A DNA stretch of 34,292 bases from a virus (IMGVR_UViG_3300042338_000270:1-34292); one strand, 5' to 3'. Shown: positions 1-9,301, counted from the stretch's first letter. Made by a program: numbers and translations. The notes: a model not told the origin generated them from the sequence alone.

Positions 1-97
1 TTTGTTTTTAGTTTAAAAATTTATTTGTTTTCCTTTTCGGCTCTACGTTTTGCGATTACTTCCATTGCTGAAAGTTTTGGCGCATCTTGGTTAGTGT
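1..97 (+). repeat. Terminal direct repeat, copy 1 (circular assembly overlap)
   Basis: Identical to 34196-34292. Confidence 0.97.
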
Positions 98-575
98 TAT
101 TTGATTGTCCTGCTTCGGCTTTGAAGTTCTTGCCAGTTACAAGTAACGCTTCAAAAGACTTCACCTTTGTTGCAAGTGCAACGATTTCAGTCTTGGTGTC
201 GTTAATCAAAGTTTCTTTTTCGTTTACGATTTCTTCTTTAGCGGCAAGTTGTGCTTTCAAATCTTCGATTTGTGCGTTTGCTTCTTTTAGTTTCGCATCT
301 TCAACTTCAACTTCAACTTCTTTTACCGCTGTAACTACACCCTCTGCAACGGTGTAAGTAGCTGTATCTACAACGTAATCACCATCTGCTAACGGTGTCA
401 ACATTGTTTCGTCTTCGAATACAAGTGTACCCTCTGTAAGTGTTGAACCGTCAAAGTGGATTACTTTGCCGTCAATAGTTTCGGTCATTGCTGCCTTAAA
501 TAGTTTTGATGTGAGTTTAGCTAGGAAAGATTTTATTCCTGTCAACTCGGCTTTGATTTCGGTTTGTTCTGCCAT
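21..575 (-). CDS. Putative nested in-frame scaffolding protein (internal start MAEQTEIK)
   Basis: In-frame ATG at 575 preceded by A-rich AATCAAAATAAAACAATTAAC at the protease/scaffold boundary. Confidence 0.55.
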   Translation of the reverse strand: MAEQTEIKAELTGIKSFLAKLTSKLFKAAMTETIDGKVIHFDGSTLTEGTLVFEDETMLTPLADGDYVVDTATYTVAEGVVTAVKEVEVEVEDAKLKEANAQIEDLKAQLAAKEEIVNEKETLINDTKTEIVALATKVKSFEALLVTGKNFKAEAGQSNNTNQDAPKLSAMEVIAKRRAEKENK

Positions 576-1172
576 GTTAATTGTTTTATTTTGATTAGAT
601 AAATACGCTGCTATTTTGTACTTGGTGAACGCCTTTATTTCACCGCCTATGATCTCATCTGCAAAGCCTAGTTCGATTGCTTCACTTGCTGTTAAGGTTG
701 TTTGACGGTCTAAGATTGGTTTCAAATCTTCGGTGTTTTTGCCTGTGATAGCTGAATAGAAATTAACTATCTTATTTTCCGCACGTTTCAAATCTTCGGC
801 TAATGCTTCCAAGTCTTTTGCTTCCATTGCGTTTGGTGCATCAGGCATCCAAAAAGGATTGTGAACAAAGAACTCGCTATTAGCGTACATTTTTCTTTTG
901 CCCTTTTTACCTGCTTGGAATATCACCGTTGCGATACTTCCACACATTCCGTTTACAATAGTGTTAACGGTAAACGGCAAAGACATTAAACGGTCATGAA
1001 TTGCAAAGCCTTCTGTTACTGAACCGCCACCGCTATTGATAAACACATTTAGTTCTTCAATATCTTGGTGCTGGTCAAGGAAATTGTTTAACGTGGTCAA
1101 GTCGAAAGACGCTTCATCAAAGAAACCTTGTTGACCTATGTAACCGTTAATGTAAAGCGTTGCGCTGTTCAT
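21..1172 (-). CDS. ClpP-family head maturation protease with C-terminal scaffold region
   Basis: INSGGGSV, CGSIAT (Ser), FVHNP (His), EAIELGFADEI motifs; coiled-coil C-terminus; directly upstream of capsid across the join; start moved to ATG 1172 (MNSATLY). Confidence 0.88.
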   Translation of the reverse strand: MNSATLYINGYIGQQGFFDEASFDLTTLNNFLDQHQDIEELNVFINSGGGSVTEGFAIHDRLMSLPFTVNTIVNGMCGSIATVIFQAGKKGKRKMYANSEFFVHNPFWMPDAPNAMEAKDLEALAEDLKRAENKIVNFYSAITGKNTEDLKPILDRQTTLTASEAIELGFADEIIGGEIKAFTKYKIAAYLSNQNKTINMAEQTEIKAELTGIKSFLAKLTSKLFKAAMTETIDGKVIHFDGSTLTEGTLVFEDETMLTPLADGDYVVDTATYTVAEGVVTAVKEVEVEVEDAKLKEANAQIEDLKAQLAAKEEIVNEKETLINDTKTEIVALATKVKSFEALLVTGKNFKAEAGQSNNTNQDAPKLSAMEVIAKRRAEKENK

Positions 1173-1176
1173 AGTA

Positions 1177-1184
1177 CAAAAAAA
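1177..1184 (-). promoter_or_regulatory. Variant -7 element (TTTTTTTG) of the head operon, 4 nt before ATG
   Basis: TTTTTTTG-TACT-ATG; one mismatch to TAnnTTTG; same spacing as four other sites. Confidence 0.5.
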
Positions 1185-1203
1185 CGTAGAATAGTAAAGC
1201 GAA

Positions 1204-1242
1204 TTTGTTTTTGTCCTAAAATCAAAGTATGTTTGTCCTAAA
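1204..1242 (+). promoter_or_regulatory. Plus-strand promoter overlapped by direct repeat TTTGTCCTAAA x2
   Basis: TTTG (1204-1207), 20 nt, TATGTTTG (1228-1235); 11-bp repeats at 1210-1220 and 1232-1242. Confidence 0.65.
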
Positions 1243-1252
1243 CTTTTTAACC

Positions 1253-1432
1253 ATGTCAATCCGAAACAAATACATCAGCGCATCAGTAACATTCGTTCTA
1301 TGCTATTTATTATGCGCCTTTATTGGTGCTAACATTAACCCCTTGCAATGGTCTGAATGGGTGCGCTTATTCTTCATTGTAGCCTTGTTTATTCCTAGTC
1401 AGTTAACCAAAACTATTGCAAATGGCAAGTAA
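1253..1432 (+). CDS. Small membrane protein (two hydrophobic segments)
   Basis: 59 aa from ATG 1253; downstream of plus-strand promoter; overlaps next gene. Confidence 0.6.
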   Translation: MSIRNKYISASVTFVLCYLLCAFIGANINPLQWSEWVRLFFIVALFIPSQLTKTIANGK

Positions 1433-1613
1433 AAAAGACGAAGCAGAAAAGTATTCAAAACAACTCAAAACGCAGTTCACGCCTTATTGGTGGAAACGCT
1501 TAGAAAGTCATTGTCAACTTCCGCAGTCAAATACAAGTGTGGCGAAGTTCGTTCGTGAAGCCACTATTGAGAAATATAATGAAATTTATAACTCCGATAA
1601 ATTAACCGATTGA
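1422..1613 (+). CDS. Ribbon-helix-helix (Arc/CopG-like) DNA-binding protein
   Basis: KQLKTQF strand, TPYWWKRLESHC helix, SVAKFVREATIEKY helix. Confidence 0.6.
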   Translation: MASKKDEAEKYSKQLKTQFTPYWWKRLESHCQLPQSNTSVAKFVREATIEKYNEIYNSDKLTD

Positions 1614-3949
1614 TTTCGGTTATTCACAAAATTAGTGAACTCATCGTAAACAAGTTTCGGCTGTGGCATCTTCGCTATGCTATCGCTAACCATCTTCGCC
1701 ATTGTACTAGCGTTGTTAACCTCGTTACTCATTGCCCTATCGCTATACCCTCCGTCCGTTGTTGGTATGTAACCTGTGGCGAATTTTCTATTGCCTAATT
1801 GGAAGTTCGGTCTGTTACCAACCGCTAACTCCATCTGCGCTAATACTGGCGCAAATCGCTCCGTTGCCTTTGCTGTTATTACACTTTCACCACGTGATAA
1901 CTTTGCATCTATGCTGTCGCTTGTTGCTGTTCCTGCACCATCTAAACCAATAACGCCTGTGGCAAATCTTGGAGGTTGTTTACTTGCTATCATTCCAATT
2001 TGAACTGCTGAAAATGCTGCCGCTAATGCTGCAAATAACGGACCTGTAACCGTACCAACTAAAGGGATTGAAGCACCCGAAGTATAAGCCGCTAAAGTGG
2101 CGTTTATACCTTGCATTACTGCCGTTGCTAATTGTATAGCTTTGTTTTCTTCAAATTGTTTACGCTTCAACTCCGCACTTTGTTTAGCATATTCTTCCTC
2201 GCTTAATGCACCACTTTTTAAAGCCGCATCAAGTTCTTCTTGTTTACGTGCCGTTACCTCGCTAAGTATATCAGATATTGAACCGATAGTATTCAACGCT
2301 CCCCCTACAATACCTTGTATAGCCTGTATTTGCTCGGTTTGTATTTCTTCTGCTGTCTTTGCAGTTGACTTAGTTAATTCAGTTCCTTTTTCAGCGTACT
2401 TTTCTTTTATCGCTAATAACTCCTTTTGCTTTATTTCTTCAATTTTTACCTCGCTTAATCCTAATGCTCTTAGGTCTTCAATACGCTTTTCAAAAGCCAA
2501 CTCAAATAAAGCCTCCTCCTGCTCTTGACCACTTAGCAAAGTCTTTATTCTCAACTCTTCTAAAAAGGCATTACGGTCTGCAATTTTATTTAATCGGTTG
2601 ACTTCATCTTGTTCTGCTTTCTCTTTATCAGAAATAGCTTTAGCGTCTGAAATAGCTTTTTTAGCCGCTGCGTCTGCTGCGTCTCTATTACTTTTTTCTT
2701 TTTCCTTTGCCCTTTTATCTGCCGCCTTTTGCGCTTCGGCTTCGGCTTTTTCAATTATCTTATTACGAGCATTAATCATTTTCTCGGAGAACTTATTTAA
2801 TTCACCCTCTAATGATTGACGTTCTAGTAAAGCTGTTTGGTATAATTTTAATTCTTCATCGGTTAATCCTTTTGTATCTTCAAGTCTTTTACGCAACGCT
2901 AATGACCTTTGAGTGTCCTCCTCCGCTAATATTTTTAATTCGGCATCAGATATTTCTAACTTTGCTTTTAGTGCTTTGGCTTGATTGTCTATTGAGATAA
3001 CATTTCGCACGTTTGCTTTCCCAAAAATATCACGCTCCAATGCCTCCGCTTTCTCAATTAATTTAAGCCTATCTTCCTCGCTTTTAGTTCTATCTTTTGA
3101 TGCAATTATTAAGGCATCAACTTGTGCACGACCTTTGGCTTGTGATATATTAAATGCGCCTTGTGTGTCCTCTAAATCACGAAGGACGTTTAATAAATTC
3201 ATTGACGAGTTAACTATATCGTCAATACTTCCACCAGTTACTATTGCTCTAAATGCTGCGCCCAAAGCTGTTGTGCTATCCTCAACCGCATCAGCTACTG
3301 GTTTAAAATTTTCAAATACGGTTATAAGGGATTGAATACCCATTATAATCAACGGCAAACCTGTTGTAGCTAGTGCCGCACCAAAACCTTTAACGCCACC
3401 CCCTGCGGCTGTGAAACCTGCTTTAGCAGCCTCTAATCCTTTAGAAACCTCGCCAATGTTTACGCCAAATAAGTTTATTTGCTTCCCTGCTTCACTAAAC
3501 CCTTGACCGTAGTTACCTACGTTACGAGTAGTGTTACCTAATGCCGCCTCTTGTTCCTTTATTACCGTATTTAATTGCTTAGCGGTTGCGATTTGTTCCT
3601 TAGTTGGCTTCGCTGTTTGGATTAATTGATTGTATAAAGCGTTGTAGGCTTTTCGGTTTTCTGCTATGCTGTTTTCTTGTGCCTTACCTGCTTTGATGTT
3701 ATCCTCTGTGGCTTGGGTCATTATCTTTGTTGCACTAGTTTGTTGCACCAAAACATTGTTTAACGCCCGTTGCTCTTTCTCTAATGCCTTTACCTCAGCA
3801 TTTTGTGAAATGTATTCATTGGTCTGTTGCTTCCCTGCATCAGTCAACTCCTTTAGCTTAGTCTTTGATTGGGTCAACAAGTCGTTAACGTCCTGCAATG
3901 CCGAAACGGTTGGAGTGGTGTCTATCTTAAATATTAGTGTATCTGCCAT
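1586..3949 (-). CDS. Tail tape measure protein
   Basis: 787 aa, Ala/Lys/Glu-rich helical; RNVGNY motif; hydrophobic Gly/Ala stretches; C-terminal FATG...SDSIDAKLSRGESVI. Confidence 0.88.
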   Translation of the reverse strand: MADTLIFKIDTTPTVSALQDVNDLLTQSKTKLKELTDAGKQQTNEYISQNAEVKALEKEQRALNNVLVQQTSATKIMTQATEDNIKAGKAQENSIAENRKAYNALYNQLIQTAKPTKEQIATAKQLNTVIKEQEAALGNTTRNVGNYGQGFSEAGKQINLFGVNIGEVSKGLEAAKAGFTAAGGGVKGFGAALATTGLPLIIMGIQSLITVFENFKPVADAVEDSTTALGAAFRAIVTGGSIDDIVNSSMNLLNVLRDLEDTQGAFNISQAKGRAQVDALIIASKDRTKSEEDRLKLIEKAEALERDIFGKANVRNVISIDNQAKALKAKLEISDAELKILAEEDTQRSLALRKRLEDTKGLTDEELKLYQTALLERQSLEGELNKFSEKMINARNKIIEKAEAEAQKAADKRAKEKEKSNRDAADAAAKKAISDAKAISDKEKAEQDEVNRLNKIADRNAFLEELRIKTLLSGQEQEEALFELAFEKRIEDLRALGLSEVKIEEIKQKELLAIKEKYAEKGTELTKSTAKTAEEIQTEQIQAIQGIVGGALNTIGSISDILSEVTARKQEELDAALKSGALSEEEYAKQSAELKRKQFEENKAIQLATAVMQGINATLAAYTSGASIPLVGTVTGPLFAALAAAFSAVQIGMIASKQPPRFATGVIGLDGAGTATSDSIDAKLSRGESVITAKATERFAPVLAQMELAVGNRPNFQLGNRKFATGYIPTTDGGYSDRAMSNEVNNASTMAKMVSDSIAKMPQPKLVYDEFTNFVNNRNQSVNLSEL

Positions 3950-3950
3950 G

Positions 3951-5876
3951 TTAGTAAAGTTTTACAAGTTCAACCAATGTACTCACGTTTCTGTTCGGGT
4001 TATAACCGCTTATCTTGCTCACATAAAAATAGCTGTTGAAGTATTCTATATAAATAGGAATAGTCAAGTCAAGTTGATTAATATCGGAAGCGTTTAATCG
4101 AAGTAAGCAAGTGACTATCTTAGCCTTATCCAAAACATCAATAAAAGACTGGTAGAAAGTAGGGATTAAATTATCATCAAACCCTAAATTGATTTCACCA
4201 CTCTTTTGAAAGTGAGTTAAAAGAATGTCGGTCGTCTGTGCGCTGTTACTTGTGCCGTCTGTGTAGGTGAAGGCCACATCGTTAAACTTGGCGAATAAAA
4301 TCCGCTGGTCTATTTCATCTTTAAACGTGCCGTCATCATTAAATATCTGCAAGTCTGCAACAACTAAACCGCCTGTTAATGCTTGTGTACTTGCGCTAAA
4401 GTCAATTTCAATTAGGTCTTGTTCGTCATCTAAATTCTGGTCATCTAAAGTGATTACACCGTTTGCGAATGTTGCATTTTGATTAGGGTCGAACACTTCA
4501 TCATATTGCCACGTGCAAAGGTTTCTTTGAGCGTAGCCATCAACCGCAAATGTTATCTGAGGCGTATCGGTTAGGTCTAATTTATTACTCCAATCTAAAG
4601 CGTTTGGAATGTTATCATTTAGCTTTTCAAACGGTACAATGTTAACCACTTTGTTAACCTCATCAACTTGAATTAGTGAGCAAGTCAACTTCAAATAAGT
4701 AGCTAGTAATTCGCTTTGCTTTGTATCGGGTAACAAACTATTGACGGTTGTAAATTGACGGCTTATAAAGTTAACTGACGGTAAAGCATTTACTTCAGTT
4801 GGAGTAACTACAACCGTATCTGTAATGGTTAATGAAGCATCAGCAACGGTGTAAATTGCAGCCGTTAAAAATGAAATAGTAATTGCGTTTGCATCATCTG
4901 TTAATGCTGACGGTGTAAGTGTTGCCGTTCCAGAATAAGTAAAAGTGTTTACGCCTACTACCACATCAGCCGCTAATCTTGTATCGGATATGCCTATTGA
5001 ATTAACGTCTATCGTAATATTGCCTACGATTGTAACCGTTATATTTATTACAATGTTATAAGTTACGGTTATTATATCATTTAGAATAACGCTACCATCC
5101 CAAGTTGCTATTGAACTAGGGTCAAAATAAATATCGCTGCCACTAATTTTAGTAAGCATCATTATTTTATTTGCTGCTGCTGGTGCTGGTAAAACCAAAG
5201 TATTACCAAAGAACTCGCAGTTATATTTATCACCGTTAAAATCCCTTAACCATTCTTTACACAACGGCAAAATCATTAACTGATTTGGATAACCGTATTT
5301 TAATTTGCTTTCGTTGTTTATGGTGTAACCTTGTGAAGCCGCCATTTGTTCTAAAAGAAACTCAATCGAAACGCTTGGTGGCTGGTAAGCAATATTGCCC
5401 AAAGCTATTGCAGTAGGTTGCTCAACATTCAAAGCGATTGAACGTGGAACGTCTAAATCCGTTCTCGTTGCAACGTAGTTAGTCAAGGTGTGATAATAGT
5501 CATAAGCACTAAAATCAATATCAGTTAACTTGCCATCCTTTAAAGCCGCAAAGAAATCACTATTCCCACCGTAAATGTTGACGTTATAACCTTGTGCGCT
5601 TTCCTTTAGCGTAGCAAATGAAATCTGTTGGTCAATACCGTTTGAATAGTAACGTGCTTTTAGCCGTCTGTATGGCTTTGTGCCTATGTTATTTACATCA
5701 TCGGGATTTTCAAATATGGCTTTATTCTTTGCCGTCTTTGGAATAGTAAATTCGGCTGACCGTACTCCGCTTCGCTTTTCAATTTCACCAATCTTCGCAA
5801 TGGCGTATTCTATACTAATGTCGGCATCAGTAGGCAAGTCAACTAACTTATCTTCGATGTATAACTCACTAGCCAT
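3951..5876 (-). CDS. Tail tip / hub-like structural protein
   Basis: 641 aa; N-terminal ELYIEDKLVDL...FTIPKTAKNKAIF and C-terminal YFYVSKISGYNP...VELVKL; adjacent to tape measure. Confidence 0.7.
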   Translation of the reverse strand: MASELYIEDKLVDLPTDADISIEYAIAKIGEIEKRSGVRSAEFTIPKTAKNKAIFENPDDVNNIGTKPYRRLKARYYSNGIDQQISFATLKESAQGYNVNIYGGNSDFFAALKDGKLTDIDFSAYDYYHTLTNYVATRTDLDVPRSIALNVEQPTAIALGNIAYQPPSVSIEFLLEQMAASQGYTINNESKLKYGYPNQLMILPLCKEWLRDFNGDKYNCEFFGNTLVLPAPAAANKIMMLTKISGSDIYFDPSSIATWDGSVILNDIITVTYNIVINITVTIVGNITIDVNSIGISDTRLAADVVVGVNTFTYSGTATLTPSALTDDANAITISFLTAAIYTVADASLTITDTVVVTPTEVNALPSVNFISRQFTTVNSLLPDTKQSELLATYLKLTCSLIQVDEVNKVVNIVPFEKLNDNIPNALDWSNKLDLTDTPQITFAVDGYAQRNLCTWQYDEVFDPNQNATFANGVITLDDQNLDDEQDLIEIDFSASTQALTGGLVVADLQIFNDDGTFKDEIDQRILFAKFNDVAFTYTDGTSNSAQTTDILLTHFQKSGEINLGFDDNLIPTFYQSFIDVLDKAKIVTCLLRLNASDINQLDLTIPIYIEYFNSYFYVSKISGYNPNRNVSTLVELVKLY

Positions 5877-6579
5877 TTTGCATAGTTATTTCAGTAGCGT
5901 AAATAATTCTTACGCTCACATCAAAAAATTTGTCGTTTGTGTTTCGCTTGGTGAATGTTCCTGCCTCAATCAACACTGGTGTAACTTCAAGCGTTTCATC
6001 TTGCAAAAAGTTTGCGATGTACGCCTGTGTAGTTTGCTTTAAACTTTCCATGTAAGCCAATGCCTCTTGTGGTATATCTCCAGTGGTAAGTATCTCGCTA
6101 TCGGTTACGCCTCTACGCTCACTAACGGCTGTTAGATATTGTGGCGTTTGGTAGGTTTCTGCATCGGGTATATCCGTTTCAAAAGTAGTATTGCCGTTAA
6201 ATGGGAAAACTGCCCAACCGCCTTGTCTTGTTAACCACGCTAACAATTTAGTATTACAATTAGTTGGTAAGTCAATTTGATTGTAGGCTTGTAGGTTTAA
6301 TTCAACAATGTACTCCACATCAGTTGCTCCGTAGCTTAGTGTGTAACTAAAGGAATAGAAGCCAATATCTGCAACGTCTAAATCAATATACCACCCCAAA
6401 CTAAAAGGAAACGAACCGAATGGAATAAACCACGCTGGTTCAGTCACATAGTTCCCTGCAATACCTAAACCGTTAAATGTGTATGCCGTCACGCCTTGCA
6501 TAATAGCCGCATCGAAGTAATCAGTAATTACTCCGCTATCGGTTGTGTCTTTAACGTAGGTCTTGACTTTCTTAATCAT
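5869..6579 (-). CDS. Putative tail protein (distal-tail-like)
   Basis: 236 aa; LAWLTRQGGW motif; coupled within tail operon. Confidence 0.55.
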   Translation of the reverse strand: MIKKVKTYVKDTTDSGVITDYFDAAIMQGVTAYTFNGLGIAGNYVTEPAWFIPFGSFPFSLGWYIDLDVADIGFYSFSYTLSYGATDVEYIVELNLQAYNQIDLPTNCNTKLLAWLTRQGGWAVFPFNGNTTFETDIPDAETYQTPQYLTAVSERRGVTDSEILTTGDIPQEALAYMESLKQTTQAYIANFLQDETLEVTPVLIEAGTFTKRNTNDKFFDVSVRIIYATEITMQNG

Positions 6580-7217
6580 TAGTAAGGTATTGTCGTGTAA
6601 ATAACGGTTATATCTAATCTTCCACTTCCTGCCGTTGGATTGCCTGTTTCAATCGCCCACATCAAAGCCTTGTTTGCTATAATGCTATTTTCATCAACAG
6701 CACTATTTGCTGACCTAACCGCACTCTTATTTGCCGCTTGAGCTAACATTGTTTGAATAAGAATTAATACATTATCACTACCGTTTAATGTATCAAGGTA
6801 AATAACTTGGCTTGTATTTGTAGCATAAGCCGCTGTGATGTATGTATATTTCACAACTGCTGAAATCGGTATGATTGCCAATCCTGCTCCTGGTGCTGCA
6901 ATTAATTGAACTGGTGTTGTGTTACCTGCCAATATCTGTGCGCTTCCAATGGCTACGCTTACGGATTGCGTACTCCCTAAACCGCTTGACATATTCGCCC
7001 AACTTGCACCGTTGTAATATTCAAACTGGCTGTTGTCGGTGTTGTAAATTAGTAAGCCACTCGCTGGTGTAGCGATTGCGTTACGTTGTGCCGTTGTTAG
7101 CTGAATAGCTAAGTCTTGGTAGCTGTCAACCATGTCATCTAAGATAACTTGCTGAGGTGCGCTAAATGTACTCCCTGCAATGTCGGAAGCTAGTTGTGTT
7201 TTGCTTTTTACTGCCAT
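6579..7217 (-). CDS. Putative tail fibre / virion accessory protein
   Basis: LTTAQRNAIATPASGLLIYNTDNSQFEYYNGASW fibre-associated motif; beta-rich C-terminus. Confidence 0.55.
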   Translation of the reverse strand: MAVKSKTQLASDIAGSTFSAPQQVILDDMVDSYQDLAIQLTTAQRNAIATPASGLLIYNTDNSQFEYYNGASWANMSSGLGSTQSVSVAIGSAQILAGNTTPVQLIAAPGAGLAIIPISAVVKYTYITAAYATNTSQVIYLDTLNGSDNVLILIQTMLAQAANKSAVRSANSAVDENSIIANKALMWAIETGNPTAGSGRLDITVIYTTIPY

Positions 7218-7978
7218 TGTATTTGATTTTCGTTTATTGTTCGTTTATCATCTGCGCTTCCATCAACTAATAGCTTGGTAAAACCGCACTCGCTAATTGA
7301 GTTTGCTTTAACGTAGTATCGGTTTAAATCATCAACCGTCAACCCACTATTAGCCACATAGTTTTCGCCCTTTAATGAACCGTTAAAAAAGTGGCGAAGA
7401 TAAATGTATTCTTTGCCACCAACCGTTATCGTTCCTGTAAATATGTTGTAATTGACTTCGTCTAAATTGTAATGTATTTTGTATGGCGTAGGAAATGCCG
7501 CTTGTGCATAGCCGCTTAGATTAAACCTTAATCGCCCATTTAAATCTGCTTCGGGTCTGAATGTAGCGATTAACTTGTAAGGTTGAACCGTATTCATATC
7601 AACGCCCCCGATAATCAATTCACCTACTTGCCATCCGCTGTAAACGGTTACGCTAGGTAAGTCAACAAACTCACAACCTGCACTCGCTGGACTTATAAAA
7701 GTTGATGGATAGGCTGTTTGTAAAGTAAAGTTGGATTGACTTGTGATTGACTTCACCACATGAAAGCCAGTTAACGCTCCAAAGTTTCTAAAATAGATAC
7801 GACTTCCCACTTCTAAGTCAGCACTAAATGATGATGTTAAAAGAACTTCAATTAAGCCGTCAGTTTCAAAATAAAAGAATGGTCTAGTAGGTAAAGCATA
7901 AATCCAAGTAAACTCTCGATGTGCGCTCACCCACTTGTAAGGACGTTGGAAAAGTAAATAGTCGTTGGCTAGGCTCAT
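7208..7978 (-). CDS. Putative tail structural protein
   Basis: 256 aa, first gene of tail operon, beta-rich. Confidence 0.5.
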   Translation of the reverse strand: MSLANDYLLFQRPYKWVSAHREFTWIYALPTRPFFYFETDGLIEVLLTSSFSADLEVGSRIYFRNFGALTGFHVVKSITSQSNFTLQTAYPSTFISPASAGCEFVDLPSVTVYSGWQVGELIIGGVDMNTVQPYKLIATFRPEADLNGRLRFNLSGYAQAAFPTPYKIHYNLDEVNYNIFTGTITVGGKEYIYLRHFFNGSLKGENYVANSGLTVDDLNRYYVKANSISECGFTKLLVDGSADDKRTINENQIQWQ

Positions 7979-7982
7979 GTTG

Positions 7983-7990
7983 CAAATTTA
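7983..7990 (-). promoter_or_regulatory. -7 promoter element of tail operon (leaderless spacing)
   Basis: TAAATTTG-CAAC-ATG. Confidence 0.7.
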
Positions 7991-8029
7991 AACAACTCTA
8001 AGCCGTTATTATTTTCGTGTCCTATTTAT

Positions 8030-8536
8030 TTATGCCGCCAATAATTCAAAAATCTCCGATTGTATTTCGGTAACCAATAATTGAGCAAACTCCGCTTCGA
8101 TGCTTCGCTGTAATGCTTCGTTAAATATTCCGCTAATTAAATCGCTCCCACCTGCTTGATATATGGTCGAACCCTCTTGATGTATTCGCCTTGCAATTAA
8201 AAACGCTAAACTATCTTTACTTATTCCATCGGGGATAATTCCTTTGTCATCTATCCATTGGCGTATCGCACGTTTAACCGCACCATTGCCTCCGTTCTTT
8301 GTCGGGCCTCTACCGTTTTGTAGATACTGAATATAATCATTTCCGTAAATGCTTAGCACCGTTCCGTTCGTTACTTCAAACCGTATTGACTTGGCTAGTT
8401 TGCCACTTGCGTTTACCACGCTCTCAAACGTGCCATTTGCGCCCCTGCGCTGTATTAGCTTGGTTTGGATGTCATTCACCAACTGCTCGGTTAATTTGAC
8501 ACCTAATTCGTTTAGTCGTGCCTCTAGGTTAATCAT
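8030..8536 (-). CDS. Neck / tail completion protein (HK97 gp10-like)
   Basis: NASGKLAKSI, YLQNGRGP, IRQWIDDKGI, LAFLIARRIHQEG motifs. Confidence 0.65.
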   Translation of the reverse strand: MINLEARLNELGVKLTEQLVNDIQTKLIQRRGANGTFESVVNASGKLAKSIRFEVTNGTVLSIYGNDYIQYLQNGRGPTKNGGNGAVKRAIRQWIDDKGIIPDGISKDSLAFLIARRIHQEGSTIYQAGGSDLISGIFNEALQRSIEAEFAQLLVTEIQSEIFELLAA

Positions 8537-8955
8537 ACCTCACAAACTTTACTTGATTTTATTTGAAGTTGAAACCTTACAAACATTCCGTTAGTCACAC
8601 CGCTAAACTGCTTATAAAACGGTTCGGCTTCATAGTTGCTCACTATCTTACCGCTACCCTGTAAAGCTAGGTGAAACCGCCTTTGCATCGTGTCGGCTTC
8701 GTCTGTGCTGTTTAACAAGTCATCTGCCCCATCGTGAGGCGAACCGTCAAACAGAAACGCCATTAATATATTTGGGTTCACGTCTACGCCCATTGTAGTC
8801 GGGTTTTGCACACGAAAAGGGTATAGGTGTATTTGTGGCATCGGGTTGTCCTTGATGGCTAAATTCGCATCGCTAACACGCCCATGATAGAACGTGCCGT
8901 TCGGGTTAATGGTTTGGCAAATGCCTTTAATGAAGTCTACGGTATCTAAGTACAT
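8533..8955 (-). CDS. Putative tail terminator / neck protein
   Basis: 140 aa from ATG 8955; size and position next to gp10-like gene. Confidence 0.45.
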   Translation of the reverse strand: MYLDTVDFIKGICQTINPNGTFYHGRVSDANLAIKDNPMPQIHLYPFRVQNPTTMGVDVNPNILMAFLFDGSPHDGADDLLNSTDEADTMQRRFHLALQGSGKIVSNYEAEPFYKQFSGVTNGMFVRFQLQIKSSKVCEV

Positions 8956-8959
8956 AAAG

Positions 8960-8967
8960 CAAAAGTA
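8960..8967 (-). promoter_or_regulatory. -7 promoter element (leaderless spacing)
   Basis: TACTTTTG-CTTT-ATG. Confidence 0.65.
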
Positions 8968-8970
8968 AAT

Positions 8971-8998
8971 AAAAAAAGCCACTTGTTAGGGTGGCTTT
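8971..8998 (-). terminator. Intrinsic terminator
   Basis: AAAGCCAC-cctaacaa-GTGGCTTT followed by T-run. Confidence 0.75.
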
Positions 8999-9022
8999 CT
9001 TCTTTGTGGCTTCAATATTAGG

Positions 9023-9214
9023 CTAATAGTTTTCTCGCTTTTCAATTTCTTTTTGCACCTTGTCCATTTCTTTGTCGATTGCTTTCTTTATTGACTGGCT
9101 GATGTGTTCAGCAACGTGCAGATAGTCTCGTTCTATAAGGTTTGATAATGCGGCTAACAGATTAGCTGTTTCAATTAGCGTGTTATTGCTTACGCTTGTG
9201 TGTTTTGTTTTCAT
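9023..9214 (-). CDS. Hypothetical protein (stand-alone cassette)
   Basis: 63 aa with own promoter, AACC-rich leader and terminator. Confidence 0.7.
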   Translation of the reverse strand: MKTKHTSVSNNTLIETANLLAALSNLIERDYLHVAEHISQSIKKAIDKEMDKVQKEIEKRENY

Positions 9215-9244
9215 AGGTTTGGTTGGTTTTGGTTAAATGATATG

Positions 9245-9299
9245 CAAATATAGCTTTTTAATTTTCACACTTCCAAACTTTTTCCAAACTTTTTTTAAA
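9245..9299 (-). promoter_or_regulatory. Early-type promoter with 25-bp upstream element
   Basis: TATATTTG (9245-9252) plus TTTAAAAAAAGTTTGGAAAAAGTTT (9275-9299), identical to 23710-23734. Confidence 0.72.
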
Positions 9300-9301
9300 G
9301 T

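Noticed and set aside
300-320. (TCAACT)3 microrepeat
   Set aside because: Encodes a low-complexity EVEVEVE linker; no sign of further function.
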